Positions 22,087 to 32,635 of a stretch of 64,000 bases of DNA are shown here, in pieces (within the stretch, counting starts at the first letter, position 1; each line of letters starts with the position of its first letter). The stretch comes from Xanthobacteraceae bacterium (GTDB lineage: Bacteria > Pseudomonadota > Alphaproteobacteria > Rhizobiales > Xanthobacteraceae): contig JBAUCK010000290.1 of the NCBI GenBank assembly GCA_049677525.1, positions 1,023 to 65,022 on the forward strand, given 5' to 3'. Made by a program: the position numbers and the translations under genes. The notes below the pieces were generated by a model. That model made no database searches. It was not told the origin of the DNA and worked only from the letters and a program-made list of their open reading frames with translations.

Positions 22087-23139
22087 TTATTTGGGGTCGA
22101 TGCTGTCGCGCACGGCGCGCAGCCGGGTAAACATGGTCGGCCACGTATCGGCACGCGCGATGCCGATCATTTGCAAGAAGCCTGCAGTGCCGAACCGTAG
22201 CCATTGCACCACCATCACATCGGTATCGCTCTGGGCGTCTTTGGCCTTGGCGAGGGTCTCAAAGCCCTGTTGGCTGGCGATGCGAAGCGGCTCGGCGTCC
22301 TGGATATGCACGTCCTTGATGCCGACGACTTGCTGGAACGTGTTGCGGGCGAAATTACTGCGATCGCCGGGCTCCGCCGGCCCGCCGGGCATCGCGGCGA
22401 TAAACAGGCGAGCATTGAGTATGGGCGCGTCCTTGCTCTGATCCTTGGCGTCTTTGCTCTGATTCTGGCTCTGGTCTTTGGCTTGAGCCGGAGCCGCATC
22501 GGCCGGCTTATCGACCAGCATTATCGCGCGGCCGGGCAAGACTTCGTCGATGCGGAAACCGGCCATGTCGCCAATGGTGAACGGCATCAGGCTAAGCTGC
22601 TCGGCGTCGGGCACGCTGTCGCGCATGACGAGCGTCGCGAGCGCTTCGCGCATCGCCTTCTCGGGATAGGCCGTGTCCTGGTCCGGCACCTGCGCCGTAA
22701 TCAGCGCTGTCACATTTCCGGCGGCCGCGACCACGAGCCATTTGCGATAGCGTTCTTTGTCGGTCGCTTGCGTGCCGCTCAGAATGAAGCCCTTGCCGAA
22801 AGAGAGTTGGATCGGCTCACGCTTTTCGACGCCGATGCCGTCTTTTTTCATCACGTCCGGCACCATCGTCTTGTCGAGCGAATCGTAAGCCTGCGCCGGC
22901 AGCGTGGTGAAAAGGATCGCGGCGTTCTTTTCCGGATCTTCGAAGCCTACGAAATTGTGGCTCTGGACCATGCCCAGCGGCGGGACGATGCCGAGCCGAG
23001 AGCCGATTGGGAAAATCGGATCAGCCGCCCGGGCTCGCGAAGTCACCGGCAAAGTCAGCGCGACGGCGAGCACCATGACAACGGCCGCCAGACCACGGGC
23101 GCCAAAACCTGTGCGAACTCGAATCGATCGGATGTGCAT
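22087..23139 (-). CDS. hypothetical secreted protein
   Basis: The start is taken at MHIRSIRVRTGFGARGLAAVVMVLAVALTLPVTSRARA (signal peptide). About 350 aa with an internal low-complexity linker AQAKDQSQNQSKDAKDQSKD. No family was recognised. Confidence 0.6.
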   Translation of the reverse strand: MHIRSIRVRTGFGARGLAAVVMVLAVALTLPVTSRARAADPIFPIGSRLGIVPPLGMVQSHNFVGFEDPEKNAAILFTTLPAQAYDSLDKTMVPDVMKKDGIGVEKREPIQLSFGKGFILSGTQATDKERYRKWLVVAAAGNVTALITAQVPDQDTAYPEKAMREALATLVMRDSVPDAEQLSLMPFTIGDMAGFRIDEVLPGRAIMLVDKPADAAPAQAKDQSQNQSKDAKDQSKDAPILNARLFIAAMPGGPAEPGDRSNFARNTFQQVVGIKDVHIQDAEPLRIASQQGFETLAKAKDAQSDTDVMVVQWLRFGTAGFLQMIGIARADTWPTMFTRLRAVRDSIDPK

Positions 23140-23179
23140 CGAATTGGTCCTAAACGGCGGTCCGCTGCGGCCGAAAAAT

Positions 23180-23866
23180 CTATGGCTGTTGGGTTGGGAT
23201 CCCATCTCGTCGGGACCCGTATATTTGCGGCACCTGTATCTGTGTCACCCGTCGCATGGTCAAATTGATTCGCCCTCCCCCAGGCAGTCCCCCTTCGAGG
23301 AGCAGGGTGGATATACCTGGATAGATACGATCTACGCCATGAAAAGCGAGTCTCGTGTCCCCACCCAGCACGACTACGTCGCCGGAATTGAGGCGGAAGG
23401 AGCGGGTGGGATCGCTGCGGTTGCGCCCGCCCAGGCGGAACAAACAGGAATCGCCGAGCGACACCGACACTACCGGTGCTGAAAAATCGGCCTCGTCGCG
23501 GTCCTGATGCAGGCCCATTTTCGCGGCCGCCCCGTAAAAGTTGATCAAGCACGCCTCCGGCGGATGCGGGTAGGAGGCGACCTCGTCCCACAAAGCGGCG
23601 AGCCGTTGCGGCAGCGCCGGCCACGGGCGGCCGGTCTCGGGATGAACCGGTGCGTAGCGATAGCCGTTTTCGTCCGATATCCAGCCGAGCACACCGCAGT
23701 TCGACATTTGGACCGAGAACGGCCGGCCGGATTTCGGCATGCGGGGCGTGAACAGCGGTGCCGCAGCAAAGATCTGCTGGATGTCAGCAAGCAACGCCGT
23801 CTGCTGCCCGCGGTCGAAATAACCGGGGAGTAGACGTAGCCCCGCATAGCTGACCGGTCCGGTCAT
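23180..23866 (-). CDS. alkB: alpha-ketoglutarate-dependent dioxygenase AlkB
   Basis: 228 aa. ACLINFYGAAAKMGLHQDRDE...SGDVVVLGGDTRLAFHGV (HxD...H iron triad). Confidence 0.88.
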   Translation of the reverse strand: MTGPVSYAGLRLLPGYFDRGQQTALLADIQQIFAAAPLFTPRMPKSGRPFSVQMSNCGVLGWISDENGYRYAPVHPETGRPWPALPQRLAALWDEVASYPHPPEACLINFYGAAAKMGLHQDRDEADFSAPVVSVSLGDSCLFRLGGRNRSDPTRSFRLNSGDVVVLGGDTRLAFHGVDRIYPGISTLLLEGGLPGGGRINLTMRRVTQIQVPQIYGSRRDGIPTQQP

Positions 23867-24064
23867 GTCCGCCCCCGCGCCCTTTCGTTTCCGCGATCAT
23901 GCATAGATTTCTGCGATTTCCGACCCTTCGCGGCGGCTGCGTTCCCTTCCCCGGCCCTTCCTGAGCCGCAGGACTGTCGGAGCCGGGATTAACGCAACGT
24001 CAATTTTCTCAAGCAACCATCCTGATTCGCTGGATCGATTGAGAAATCGCGCCCTTTCACGCCG

Positions 24065-25087
24065 ATGTATGTGGAATCTCCCAAAGAGATAGCCGCTGCC
24101 GTTCCGCAAGACCATCGGCGTCTTGCCGACGGTGGGGCGAAGCTATTGTCCATCGTCGTCCCGACATTCAACGAGCGCGACAATGTCCGCGAACTCGTGG
24201 TGCGGCTGGATCGCTGCCTTGCGGGACTCGCGTGGGAGATCATGTTCGTCGACGACGATTCCCGCGACGGCAGGGTCGACGTGTTGCGCGACGTGAGCCG
24301 TTCCGATCCGCGTGTGCGCTTCCTGCATCGTATCGGGCGCCGCAGCTTAGCCTCCACGGTCGTCGAAGGCATCCTTGCCACCAGCGCGCCGTTCATCGCC
24401 GTACTCGACTGCGATTTGCATCACGATGAAGCCTTGCTGCCTAAGATGTTGGAACGATTGCGCGCCGATAGATGCGATGTCGTCATCGCCTCGCGTTACA
24501 TGGAGGCCGGAGGCACGGGAGATTGGGCAAAGCAGCGTCTGTTCGTCAGCCGCGTGGCGACCAAGCTCGCGAATCCTGTCTTGCCATCGCACCTGACCGA
24601 TCCGATGAGCGGCTTTTTCATGATCGAGCGGGGCGCTTTCGATCATGCGGTTCGGAATCTGTCGAACCAAGGCTACAAGATACTCCTGGATATTCTGCTG
24701 TCGGCGCAGCCGTCGCTGCGCGTCGAAGAAATTCCGTACACGTTTCGCACGCGGCTCAACGGCGAAAGCAAGCTCGATACGACGGCGATCCTCGATTATC
24801 TTGCGCTATTGATTGACAAACTTATCGGTCACGTCATCCCGCTCCGCTTCATCATGTTTGTGTCCGTCGGCGGAATGGGTCTGTTCGTGCACCTGGGTGT
24901 GCTTGCCGCGCTGAACCGCGGTCTCGGCGTCGCTTTCATTTTAGCGAATCTTTGCGCCGCGACGGTCGCCGTCACATTCAATTTCTTCGTCAATAATCTC
25001 GTGACCTATCGCGACATGCGGCTTAAGGGATTCTGGCCCCTCACGAACAGGACCAGCGCCAGCGCTTCGCCGGCGTGCAGCAGATAG
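24065..25087 (+). CDS. family 2 glycosyltransferase (Dpm1-like) fused to a GtrA-like domain that appears C-terminally truncated
   Basis: LSIVVPTFNERDNV...MFVDDDSRDG...VLDCDLHHD. This is followed by only two GtrA-type TM helices, ending NFFVNNLVTYRDMRLKGFW and then a non-hydrophobic tail PLTNRTSASASPACSR. Confidence 0.7.
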   Translation: MYVESPKEIAAAVPQDHRRLADGGAKLLSIVVPTFNERDNVRELVVRLDRCLAGLAWEIMFVDDDSRDGRVDVLRDVSRSDPRVRFLHRIGRRSLASTVVEGILATSAPFIAVLDCDLHHDEALLPKMLERLRADRCDVVIASRYMEAGGTGDWAKQRLFVSRVATKLANPVLPSHLTDPMSGFFMIERGAFDHAVRNLSNQGYKILLDILLSAQPSLRVEEIPYTFRTRLNGESKLDTTAILDYLALLIDKLIGHVIPLRFIMFVSVGGMGLFVHLGVLAALNRGLGVAFILANLCAATVAVTFNFFVNNLVTYRDMRLKGFWPLTNRTSASASPACSR

Positions 25088-25406
25088 AAACCGTAGCGTG
25101 ACCGCAGTCGCGGCTGGCCTTGCGGCGCTATCGGCCCCTTCGGCTCCAAGGCTGAAGCGGTATCGCCGCGCAAAGCAGGACCGATGGTCGACATGGGTCG
25201 AAGGTGTGGGTGCGAGCCAGGTACAGGATTTGACCGAACGCGCGGCTACCGGCGGGTACGGGCACCGGTAGCGGCCAAGTCCGACTGCGACAGCGCGCAT
25301 CGTGGAAGCGAGGCTCTAAGATTAACTTAACGTGCCTGCGACTAGCTGGAGGGCTTAAGTCCGAAGGCTGAGTCTTCGGAAACCTTGTGTCTGCGGCCAA
25401 TCCTGT

Positions 25407-25434
25407 CTTGCGGGGCGATGGGGCCCTCCTATAT
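25407..25434 (+). promoter_or_regulatory. candidate RpoH (sigma-32)-type promoter upstream of dnaK
   Basis: CTTG (25407-25410), a 17-nt spacer, then CCTATAT (25428-25434). This matches the alphaproteobacterial RpoH consensus CTTG-N17-CYTATNT and implies a leader of about 150 nt. Confidence 0.55.
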
Positions 25435-25590
25435 GAGCCAAGGGAAATCCCCCAGCGCAGCGGGCTTTAGGATAGGGTTGCTACCGGTTTGCCACCTGCG
25501 CGCGGGGCACTTGAGTGTAATAAGGGGGCCGGACTTAACGGGCGCCTTCGGGGCCTACCAGGCCTGCCGCTAGAGAGAGGATTTAAGACC

Positions 25591-27528
<1,938 letters not shown>

Positions 27529-27568
27529 GACAGCGAGGCGCGCGATGCCGTTGCCGCTTGTCAGAATT

Positions 27569-27601
27569 GCACCCCCGATAAGAACGGGGGTGCTTGTTCT
27601 T
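27569..27601 (+). terminator. stem-loop with T-rich tail between dnaK and dnaJ (attenuator/terminator)
   Basis: GCACCCCCG (27569-27577), loop ATAAGAA, CGGGGGTGC (27585-27593), then TTGTTCTT. Confidence 0.6.
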
Positions 27602-27622
27602 GAACAGGCAGTTGGGTGAACA

Positions 27623-28762
27623 ATGAAGCGCTGCTACTACGAAACTCTTTCGGTCGAGCGCACCGCGACCGAGATCGACATCAAGACGGCCTTCCGCAAA
27701 CAGGCGATGCAGTGCCATCCGGATCGCAATCCGGGCGACACGGATGCCGAGCACCGCTTCAAGGAAGTCAACGAAGCCTATGAGGTTCTTAAAGACCCGG
27801 ACAAGCGCGCCGCCTATGACCGTTTCGGCCACGCTGCTTTCGAGCACGGTATGGGCAATGGCGCTGGCTTCGGCGCTGAGTTCGGCACCACATTCTCCGA
27901 CCTGTTCGAAGGCATTTTCGGCATGTCGGGCGCAGGACGCGGCCGCGGCTCCGGCCGCGAGCGCGGCGCCGATCTGCGCTACAATATGGAAATCACGCTT
28001 CAGGAAGCCTTTGTCGGCAAGAATGCGCAGATCCGCATTCCGACCTCGGTGATCTGCGAGGCCTGTTCCGGCTCTGGCGCCAAGGCCGGCACCAAGCCGA
28101 AAGCATGCGCGATGTGCGGCGGGCAGGGCCGTGTCCGCCACGCGCAGGGCTTCTTCACCCTGGAGCGTACCTGCCCGAATTGCCACGGCCGCGGCCAGTC
28201 GATCGACAGCCCCTGCGGCTCATGCGCCGGCTCCGGCCGCGTCACGCGCGAGCGCACGCTCTCGGTCAACATCCCGCCGGGCGTCGAAGACGGCACCCGC
28301 ATCCGTCTTGCCGGTGAAGGCGAGGCCGGCGTGCGCGGCGGTCCGCCGGGCGACCTCTATATTTTCCTGTCGATGGCCGCGCATCCGTTCTTTCAGCGCG
28401 AAGGGGCCGATCTGCATTGCCGCGCCCCGGTGTCGATGGTGACGGCGTCGATGGGCGGCGATATCGAAGTGCCAACCATCGACGGCGCTAAGAGCAAGGT
28501 GAAAATTCCGGAAGGCACGCAATCCGGGCGCCGTTTCCGGCTGCAATCCAAAGGTATGCCGATACTGCGGCAGCGGCAGCATGGCGACATGTATGTGCAG
28601 GTCGTCGTCGAGACGCCGCAAAAGCTGACCAAGAAGCAGCGGGAGCTGCTGGTGGAATTCGATCGCCTGTCGTCAATCGAGACCCAGCCGGAGTCGTCGG
28701 GCTTCCTTGGCAAGGTCAAGGAGTTCCTTGACGGATTGAGCGGCCGCGCCGGTTCGGCATAG
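27623..28762 (+). CDS. dnaJ: molecular chaperone DnaJ
   Basis: 379 aa with a J-domain (HPDRNPGD), a G/F region and four CxxCxGxG zinc motifs. Confidence 0.97.
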   Translation: MKRCYYETLSVERTATEIDIKTAFRKQAMQCHPDRNPGDTDAEHRFKEVNEAYEVLKDPDKRAAYDRFGHAAFEHGMGNGAGFGAEFGTTFSDLFEGIFGMSGAGRGRGSGRERGADLRYNMEITLQEAFVGKNAQIRIPTSVICEACSGSGAKAGTKPKACAMCGGQGRVRHAQGFFTLERTCPNCHGRGQSIDSPCGSCAGSGRVTRERTLSVNIPPGVEDGTRIRLAGEGEAGVRGGPPGDLYIFLSMAAHPFFQREGADLHCRAPVSMVTASMGGDIEVPTIDGAKSKVKIPEGTQSGRRFRLQSKGMPILRQRQHGDMYVQVVVETPQKLTKKQRELLVEFDRLSSIETQPESSGFLGKVKEFLDGLSGRAGSA

Positions 28763-28841
28763 CTCGGTGCCCCGGGCCTATATGGCCTTTGTCACCCAAA
28801 TGTTTTAAAAGCGGCAAGAATCTGTCGCGTGTGATTGTCGC

Positions 28842-29609
28842 TTGGATGCCATGTCGCTGCCGGCCCTGCAAAAATTCGAACGCAAGATCGAGCAGCAGCT
28901 GCGGCTTCTCGAGGTCGGTAGGACTCTTATCGAGCGCAGGATCGAGCGCCATATCCGGCAGTTCGAACAGCACCGCGAAGACATCGGCAAAAAGATCGAA
29001 CAGACCATCGAGCAGCGCATCAGGCAGTTCGAGCTGAAGAAAGGCATTCGGCTCGACGACGAAGTGCGCTTCATCCGCTCTTGGATCGAGCGCCCGCTGT
29101 CGACAGGGGCAGTGGCGCCGTCGAGCAAGATCCTGGCGCGCACCATGGCGCGTTATGTCGATCCTAACAGTTCGGGGCCGGTGGTTGAGCTCGGGCCGGG
29201 CACTGGGCCGGTCACCGAGGCTTTGGTCAAGGCCGGCGTCGGTCCGTCGCGTCTCGTGCTGGTCGAATTCAATCCGACCTTCTGCCGGCTGTTGCGCACG
29301 CGCTATCCGGAAGCGACCCTGGTGCAGGGCGATGCCTACAGCATGCGCCGGCTTCTGGAATCGCTGCTACTTGAGCCCGCTTCCGCCGTCGTCTCCGGCC
29401 TGCCGCTGATGACCAAGCCGATCAAGATGCGGCTGCGGCTGGTCCGCGACGCCTTCGAGCTGATGCTGCCGGGCGCGCCTTTCGTGCAATTCACCTATTC
29501 GGTGGCATCGCCGGTGCCGAGCCGGGTCAAGGGTTTTAGCGCGGAACCCTCCGAGCGCATCTGGATGAACTTGCCGCCGGCGCGGGTTTGGGTCTATCGC
29601 AAGACCTAA
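28842..29609 (+). CDS. pmtA: phospholipid N-methyltransferase (PmtA type) with a charged N-terminal extension
   Basis: The core is VRFIRSWIERPLSTGAVAPSSKILARTMARYV...VVELGPGTGPVTEAL...VVSGLPL...PFVQFTYS. Its position downstream of dnaKJ matches that described for Bradyrhizobium pmtA. The first ~65 aa are an extra helical segment. Confidence 0.75.
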   Translation: MDAMSLPALQKFERKIEQQLRLLEVGRTLIERRIERHIRQFEQHREDIGKKIEQTIEQRIRQFELKKGIRLDDEVRFIRSWIERPLSTGAVAPSSKILARTMARYVDPNSSGPVVELGPGTGPVTEALVKAGVGPSRLVLVEFNPTFCRLLRTRYPEATLVQGDAYSMRRLLESLLLEPASAVVSGLPLMTKPIKMRLRLVRDAFELMLPGAPFVQFTYSVASPVPSRVKGFSAEPSERIWMNLPPARVWVYRKT

Positions 29610-29626
29610 ATTTTCTCTCGACCGCA

Positions 29627-30014
29627 ATGTCCAACCCAAGAATTCTGATCATTCCGGGCTCGCTGCGCGCCGGCTCGCATAATGCGCGGCTCGCCGCGCT
29701 CGCCGCCAAAGAGCTCGCGCTTTTGGCGACCGAAGTTACGCGCATCTCGCTCGAAGATTACACGCTGCCGCTGTTCGACGCCGATCTCGTATCGGCACAG
29801 GGATTGCCGGCCGCCGCAGTGGCGCTCAAGCACATGTTGCTCGCCCATCAGGGCGTCTTCATGCTGCGGCGCGCTCGTCATCCCCGAGCAAGTCGCGGTA
29901 CCGCGCGCCGAACAGGCCTTCGACGACATGGACAATCTCAAGGATGAGGCTCTTGCGACGGCGCTGAAAACTGCTATGCGCAGGCTCGTCGAACTGGCCG
30001 GCGTAATGCCCTAG
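29627..30014 (+). pseudogene. NADPH-dependent FMN reductase with an out-of-frame internal deletion
   Basis: The N-terminus MSNPRILIIPGSLRAGSHNARLAALAAKEL...LLAHQGVF is in one frame. The C-terminus CGALVIPEQVAVPRAEQAFDDMDNLKDEALATALKTAMRRLV is in another (track ORF 29682..30014). The central part of roughly 60 aa (SPEYN...) is missing. The total of 388 nt is not a multiple of 3. Confidence 0.75.
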
Positions 30015-30037
30015 CCGTACCTTGAAGGACTGAACCG

Positions 30038-30742
30038 ATGCAGCTTCAGCCCCGCGACCGCCTGATCGTCGCACTCGACGTCTCGACGGTCGAAGAAGCC
30101 CAGGCGATGGTGGCGCGGCTCGGCGACGCGGTGTCGTTCTATAAGATCGGCTATCAGCTCGCGCTCGCTGGCGGCTTGTCTTACGCGGCGGGATTGATCG
30201 GCGGCGGCAAGAAGCTGTTCGTCGACATGAAGCTGCACGACATCGGCAACACGGTTGCTGCCGGCGTCAAAAGCGTGTCACGCGTCGGCGCCACGTTTCT
30301 CACGGTGCACGCATATCCGCAGACCATGACAGCTGCCGCCGGGGCGCGGGAAGGGGCTTTACGCATCCTCGCCGTCACCGTGCTGACCTCCTATGACGAT
30401 GCCGATCTGGAAACCGCCGGCTACGATGCCTCCGTGCGCGATCTTGTTGCCCAGCGCGCCCGGCAGGCGCTCGACGCCGGTGTCAGCGGACTTGTCTGCT
30501 CGCCGGAAGAAGTCTCGAATTTGCGCGCCATCGTCGGCGACAAGCTCGTGCTGGTGACGCCCGGCATCAGACCCGCCGGCGCCGAGGCGGGCGATCAGAA
30601 GCGCATCGCGACGCCCTCGGCGGCGATTGCCGCCGGCGCCGATTATCTTGTCGTCGGTCGGCCGATCGTCGCTGCGGCCGATCCGAAGGCCGCCGCCGAG
30701 GCGATCGTTGCGGAGATCGCGGCTGCGGCGAAGAAAAGCTAG
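30038..30742 (+). CDS. pyrF: orotidine 5'-phosphate decarboxylase
   Basis: 234 aa. [14 protein letters not shown]...FYKIGYQL...[13 protein letters not shown]. Confidence 0.93.
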   Translation: MQLQPRDRLIVALDVSTVEEAQAMVARLGDAVSFYKIGYQLALAGGLSYAAGLIGGGKKLFVDMKLHDIGNTVAAGVKSVSRVGATFLTVHAYPQTMTAAAGAREGALRILAVTVLTSYDDADLETAGYDASVRDLVAQRARQALDAGVSGLVCSPEEVSNLRAIVGDKLVLVTPGIRPAGAEAGDQKRIATPSAAIAAGADYLVVGRPIVAAADPKAAAEAIVAEIAAAAKKS

Positions 30743-30767
30743 AATGTAAATTGACCGGGAGCTTGCC

Positions 30768-31069
30768 ATGCCCAAGGGCTACTGGATCCGGCGCGTCGAT
30801 GTGCATAACGAAGACGGCTACAAGCCTTACGCTGCCGCCAATCCCGCAATTTTCAAAAAATACGGCGGCCGCTTTGTGGTGCGCGCCGGTAAATTCGAAC
30901 GCATGGAAGGCACGGCCGGTCACACAATGTGGTGATCGAGTTTCCCGATTATGCCGCGGCGCTCGCCTGTTACCGCTCGGCGGAATATCAGGAAAATCTC
31001 AAGACCCGGCTGCCGCACTCCGAGATCGACATTATCGTTATCGAGGGTTACGACGGCCCGCAGCCCTGA
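30768..31069 (+). pseudogene. DUF1330 domain gene, copy 1, frame-shifted
   Basis: MPKGYWIRRVDVHNEDGYKPYAAANPAIFKKYGGRFVVRAGKFERMEGTA stops at the TGA at 30933. The remainder, RSHNVVIEFPDYAAALACYRSAEYQENLKTRLPHSEIDIIVIEGYDGPQP*, continues in the next frame from 30917, consistent with a 1-nt deletion. Confidence 0.75.
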
Positions 31070-31091
31070 CTGCAAAGGAAGGAAGCGCGTC

Positions 31092-31724
31092 ATGCCGAAA
31101 GGCTATTGGCTGCCGCAGATCGACGTCAGCGATCCTCAGGGCTATCAGGCCTATATGGCGGCGACGCCGCCGGCGCTCGAAAAATATCGCGGCTTCGCGC
31201 TGGTGCGCGGCGGCAAAAGCGAACTGGTTAAGGGCCAGTTCCGCTCGCGCGCGGTCATCTGTCGATTTCCCGACTATGCCACGGCGCTCGCTTGCGTCGC
31301 TCGGACGAATATCAGCGGGCGCGGCCGCTGCGGCTGGCGCACGCGACCTGTGATTTCCTCATCGTCGAGGGCTATGACGGCGTCCAGCCGCCGGTGTCGG
31401 GTTCATCCCTGCCGCCTGCGGCAAGATAAAGGCTATCGGATCGGCCACGTCGATATCACCGATACGGAAGGCTACAAAGAACACATGGTCGCCGACATGG
31501 TGCCGTTCGGCAAATTCGGCCGCCGTTTTCTAGTCCGCGGCGGCGCGCGCGAAGTGACGGAAGGCAAAGTCCGCAGCCGCACCGTGGTGCTCGAATTTCC
31601 GAGTTATGAAGCGGCGCTCGCTCGCTACCGCTCGCCCGACTATCAAGCGGCTAAAAAGCTCCGCGATGGCAGATCGCAAGCCGATCTCGTCATCGCCGAG
31701 GGCTATGACGGCCCCAAGTACTGA
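31092..31724 (+). pseudogene. DUF1330 copies 2 and 3 joined in one open frame through an out-of-frame segment
   Basis: MPKGYWLPQIDVSDPQGYQAYM...FPDYATALAC is in frame A. RSDEYQRARPLRLAHATCDFLIVEGYDGVQPP...AAR* is in frame B (31298-31429). DKGYRIGHVDITDTEGYKEHM...VIAEGYDGPKY is back in frame A. Copy 3 has no start codon of its own. Confidence 0.55.
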
Positions 31725-31797
31725 ATTCCGCCTGGAAAGGTGAAGGTTCGGAATTGTGCTATACGTCCGGCGAAGAGGGCGAGCGTAGAGAAAGCTG

Positions 31798-32619
31798 ATG
31801 TCGAGTTCCGATATGCGTGTGGTGATCGCTGGCGCCGGCGGGCGGATGGGGCGAGCGCTGATCCAGGCTGTGGCCACGACCAAGGGCTTGGGGCTTGCCG
31901 GCGCGGTGGAAGGTCCGGGCTCGGCGCTTATCGGCCGCGATTCCGGCGAGCTAGCAGGCCTTGGTCCAAACGGCGTCAAGGTGACGAGCGATGTCGCGGC
32001 GCTGCTGCGGCAAGCCGACGGATTGATCGAATTTACCATTCCGGCGGCGACGCTCGCGCTCGCCGAGCTGATGGCAGCTGCCGGCAAGGTCCATATCATC
32101 GGCACTACCGGCCATTCCGGCGAAGAGGATGCCGCCATTACCAATGCCGCCAAGCGTGCGACGATCGTGAAGTCCGGCAATATGTCGCTTGGCGTCAATC
32201 TTCTCGTCGCGCTCACCAAGCGCGTGGCGCGGACGCTCAATGACGATTACGACATCGAAATCGTCGAGATGCATCACAACAAGAAGGTCGATGCGCCGTC
32301 CGGCACCGCACTGATGCTCGGTCGCGCCGCTGCCGAAGGCCGCGGCATCAATCTTGCGCAACATTCGGCGCGCGGCCGCGACGGCGTGACCGGCGCGCGC
32401 ACCGCCGGCGATATCGGCTTTGCCTCGCTGCGCGGCGGCACGGTCGTCGGCGACCATTCGGTGATCTTTGCCGGCCCCGCCGAGCGTATCGAGCTTACGC
32501 ATCGCGCCGAGGACCGCATGATCTTCGCCCGTGGCGCGCTCCACGCGGCGCTGTGGGCGCGCGACAAGAAGGCAGGTCTATATTCGATGGCGGACGTTCT
32601 GGGATTGGCGGATATTTAG
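31798..32619 (+). CDS. dapB: 4-hydroxy-tetrahydrodipicolinate reductase
   Basis: [17 protein letters not shown]...[19 protein letters not shown]. The start may instead be the internal ATG at 31813. Confidence 0.93.
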   Translation: MSSSDMRVVIAGAGGRMGRALIQAVATTKGLGLAGAVEGPGSALIGRDSGELAGLGPNGVKVTSDVAALLRQADGLIEFTIPAATLALAELMAAAGKVHIIGTTGHSGEEDAAITNAAKRATIVKSGNMSLGVNLLVALTKRVARTLNDDYDIEIVEMHHNKKVDAPSGTALMLGRAAAEGRGINLAQHSARGRDGVTGARTAGDIGFASLRGGTVVGDHSVIFAGPAERIELTHRAEDRMIFARGALHAALWARDKKAGLYSMADVLGLADI

Positions 32620-32635
32620 CGCGTGTCGATAAATT

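Noticed and set aside
22395-22480. A possible tandem DNA repeat encoding KDQSQNQSKDAKDQSKD
   Set aside because: It consists only of short, imperfect reiterations of AAR-GAY-CAG-AGC codons within a low-complexity linker of the secreted protein. It is not a structured repeat array.
22204-23268. A 354-aa ORF on the plus strand
   Set aside because: It is antisense to the secreted-protein gene, which has a proper signal peptide. The ORF has His/Arg-rich low complexity.
25006-25400. Short minus-strand ORFs (62-119 aa) downstream of the GT2 gene, considered as gene remnants
   Set aside because: They overlap one another in different frames and I recognised no domain motif. They are kept only as context for the truncation finding.
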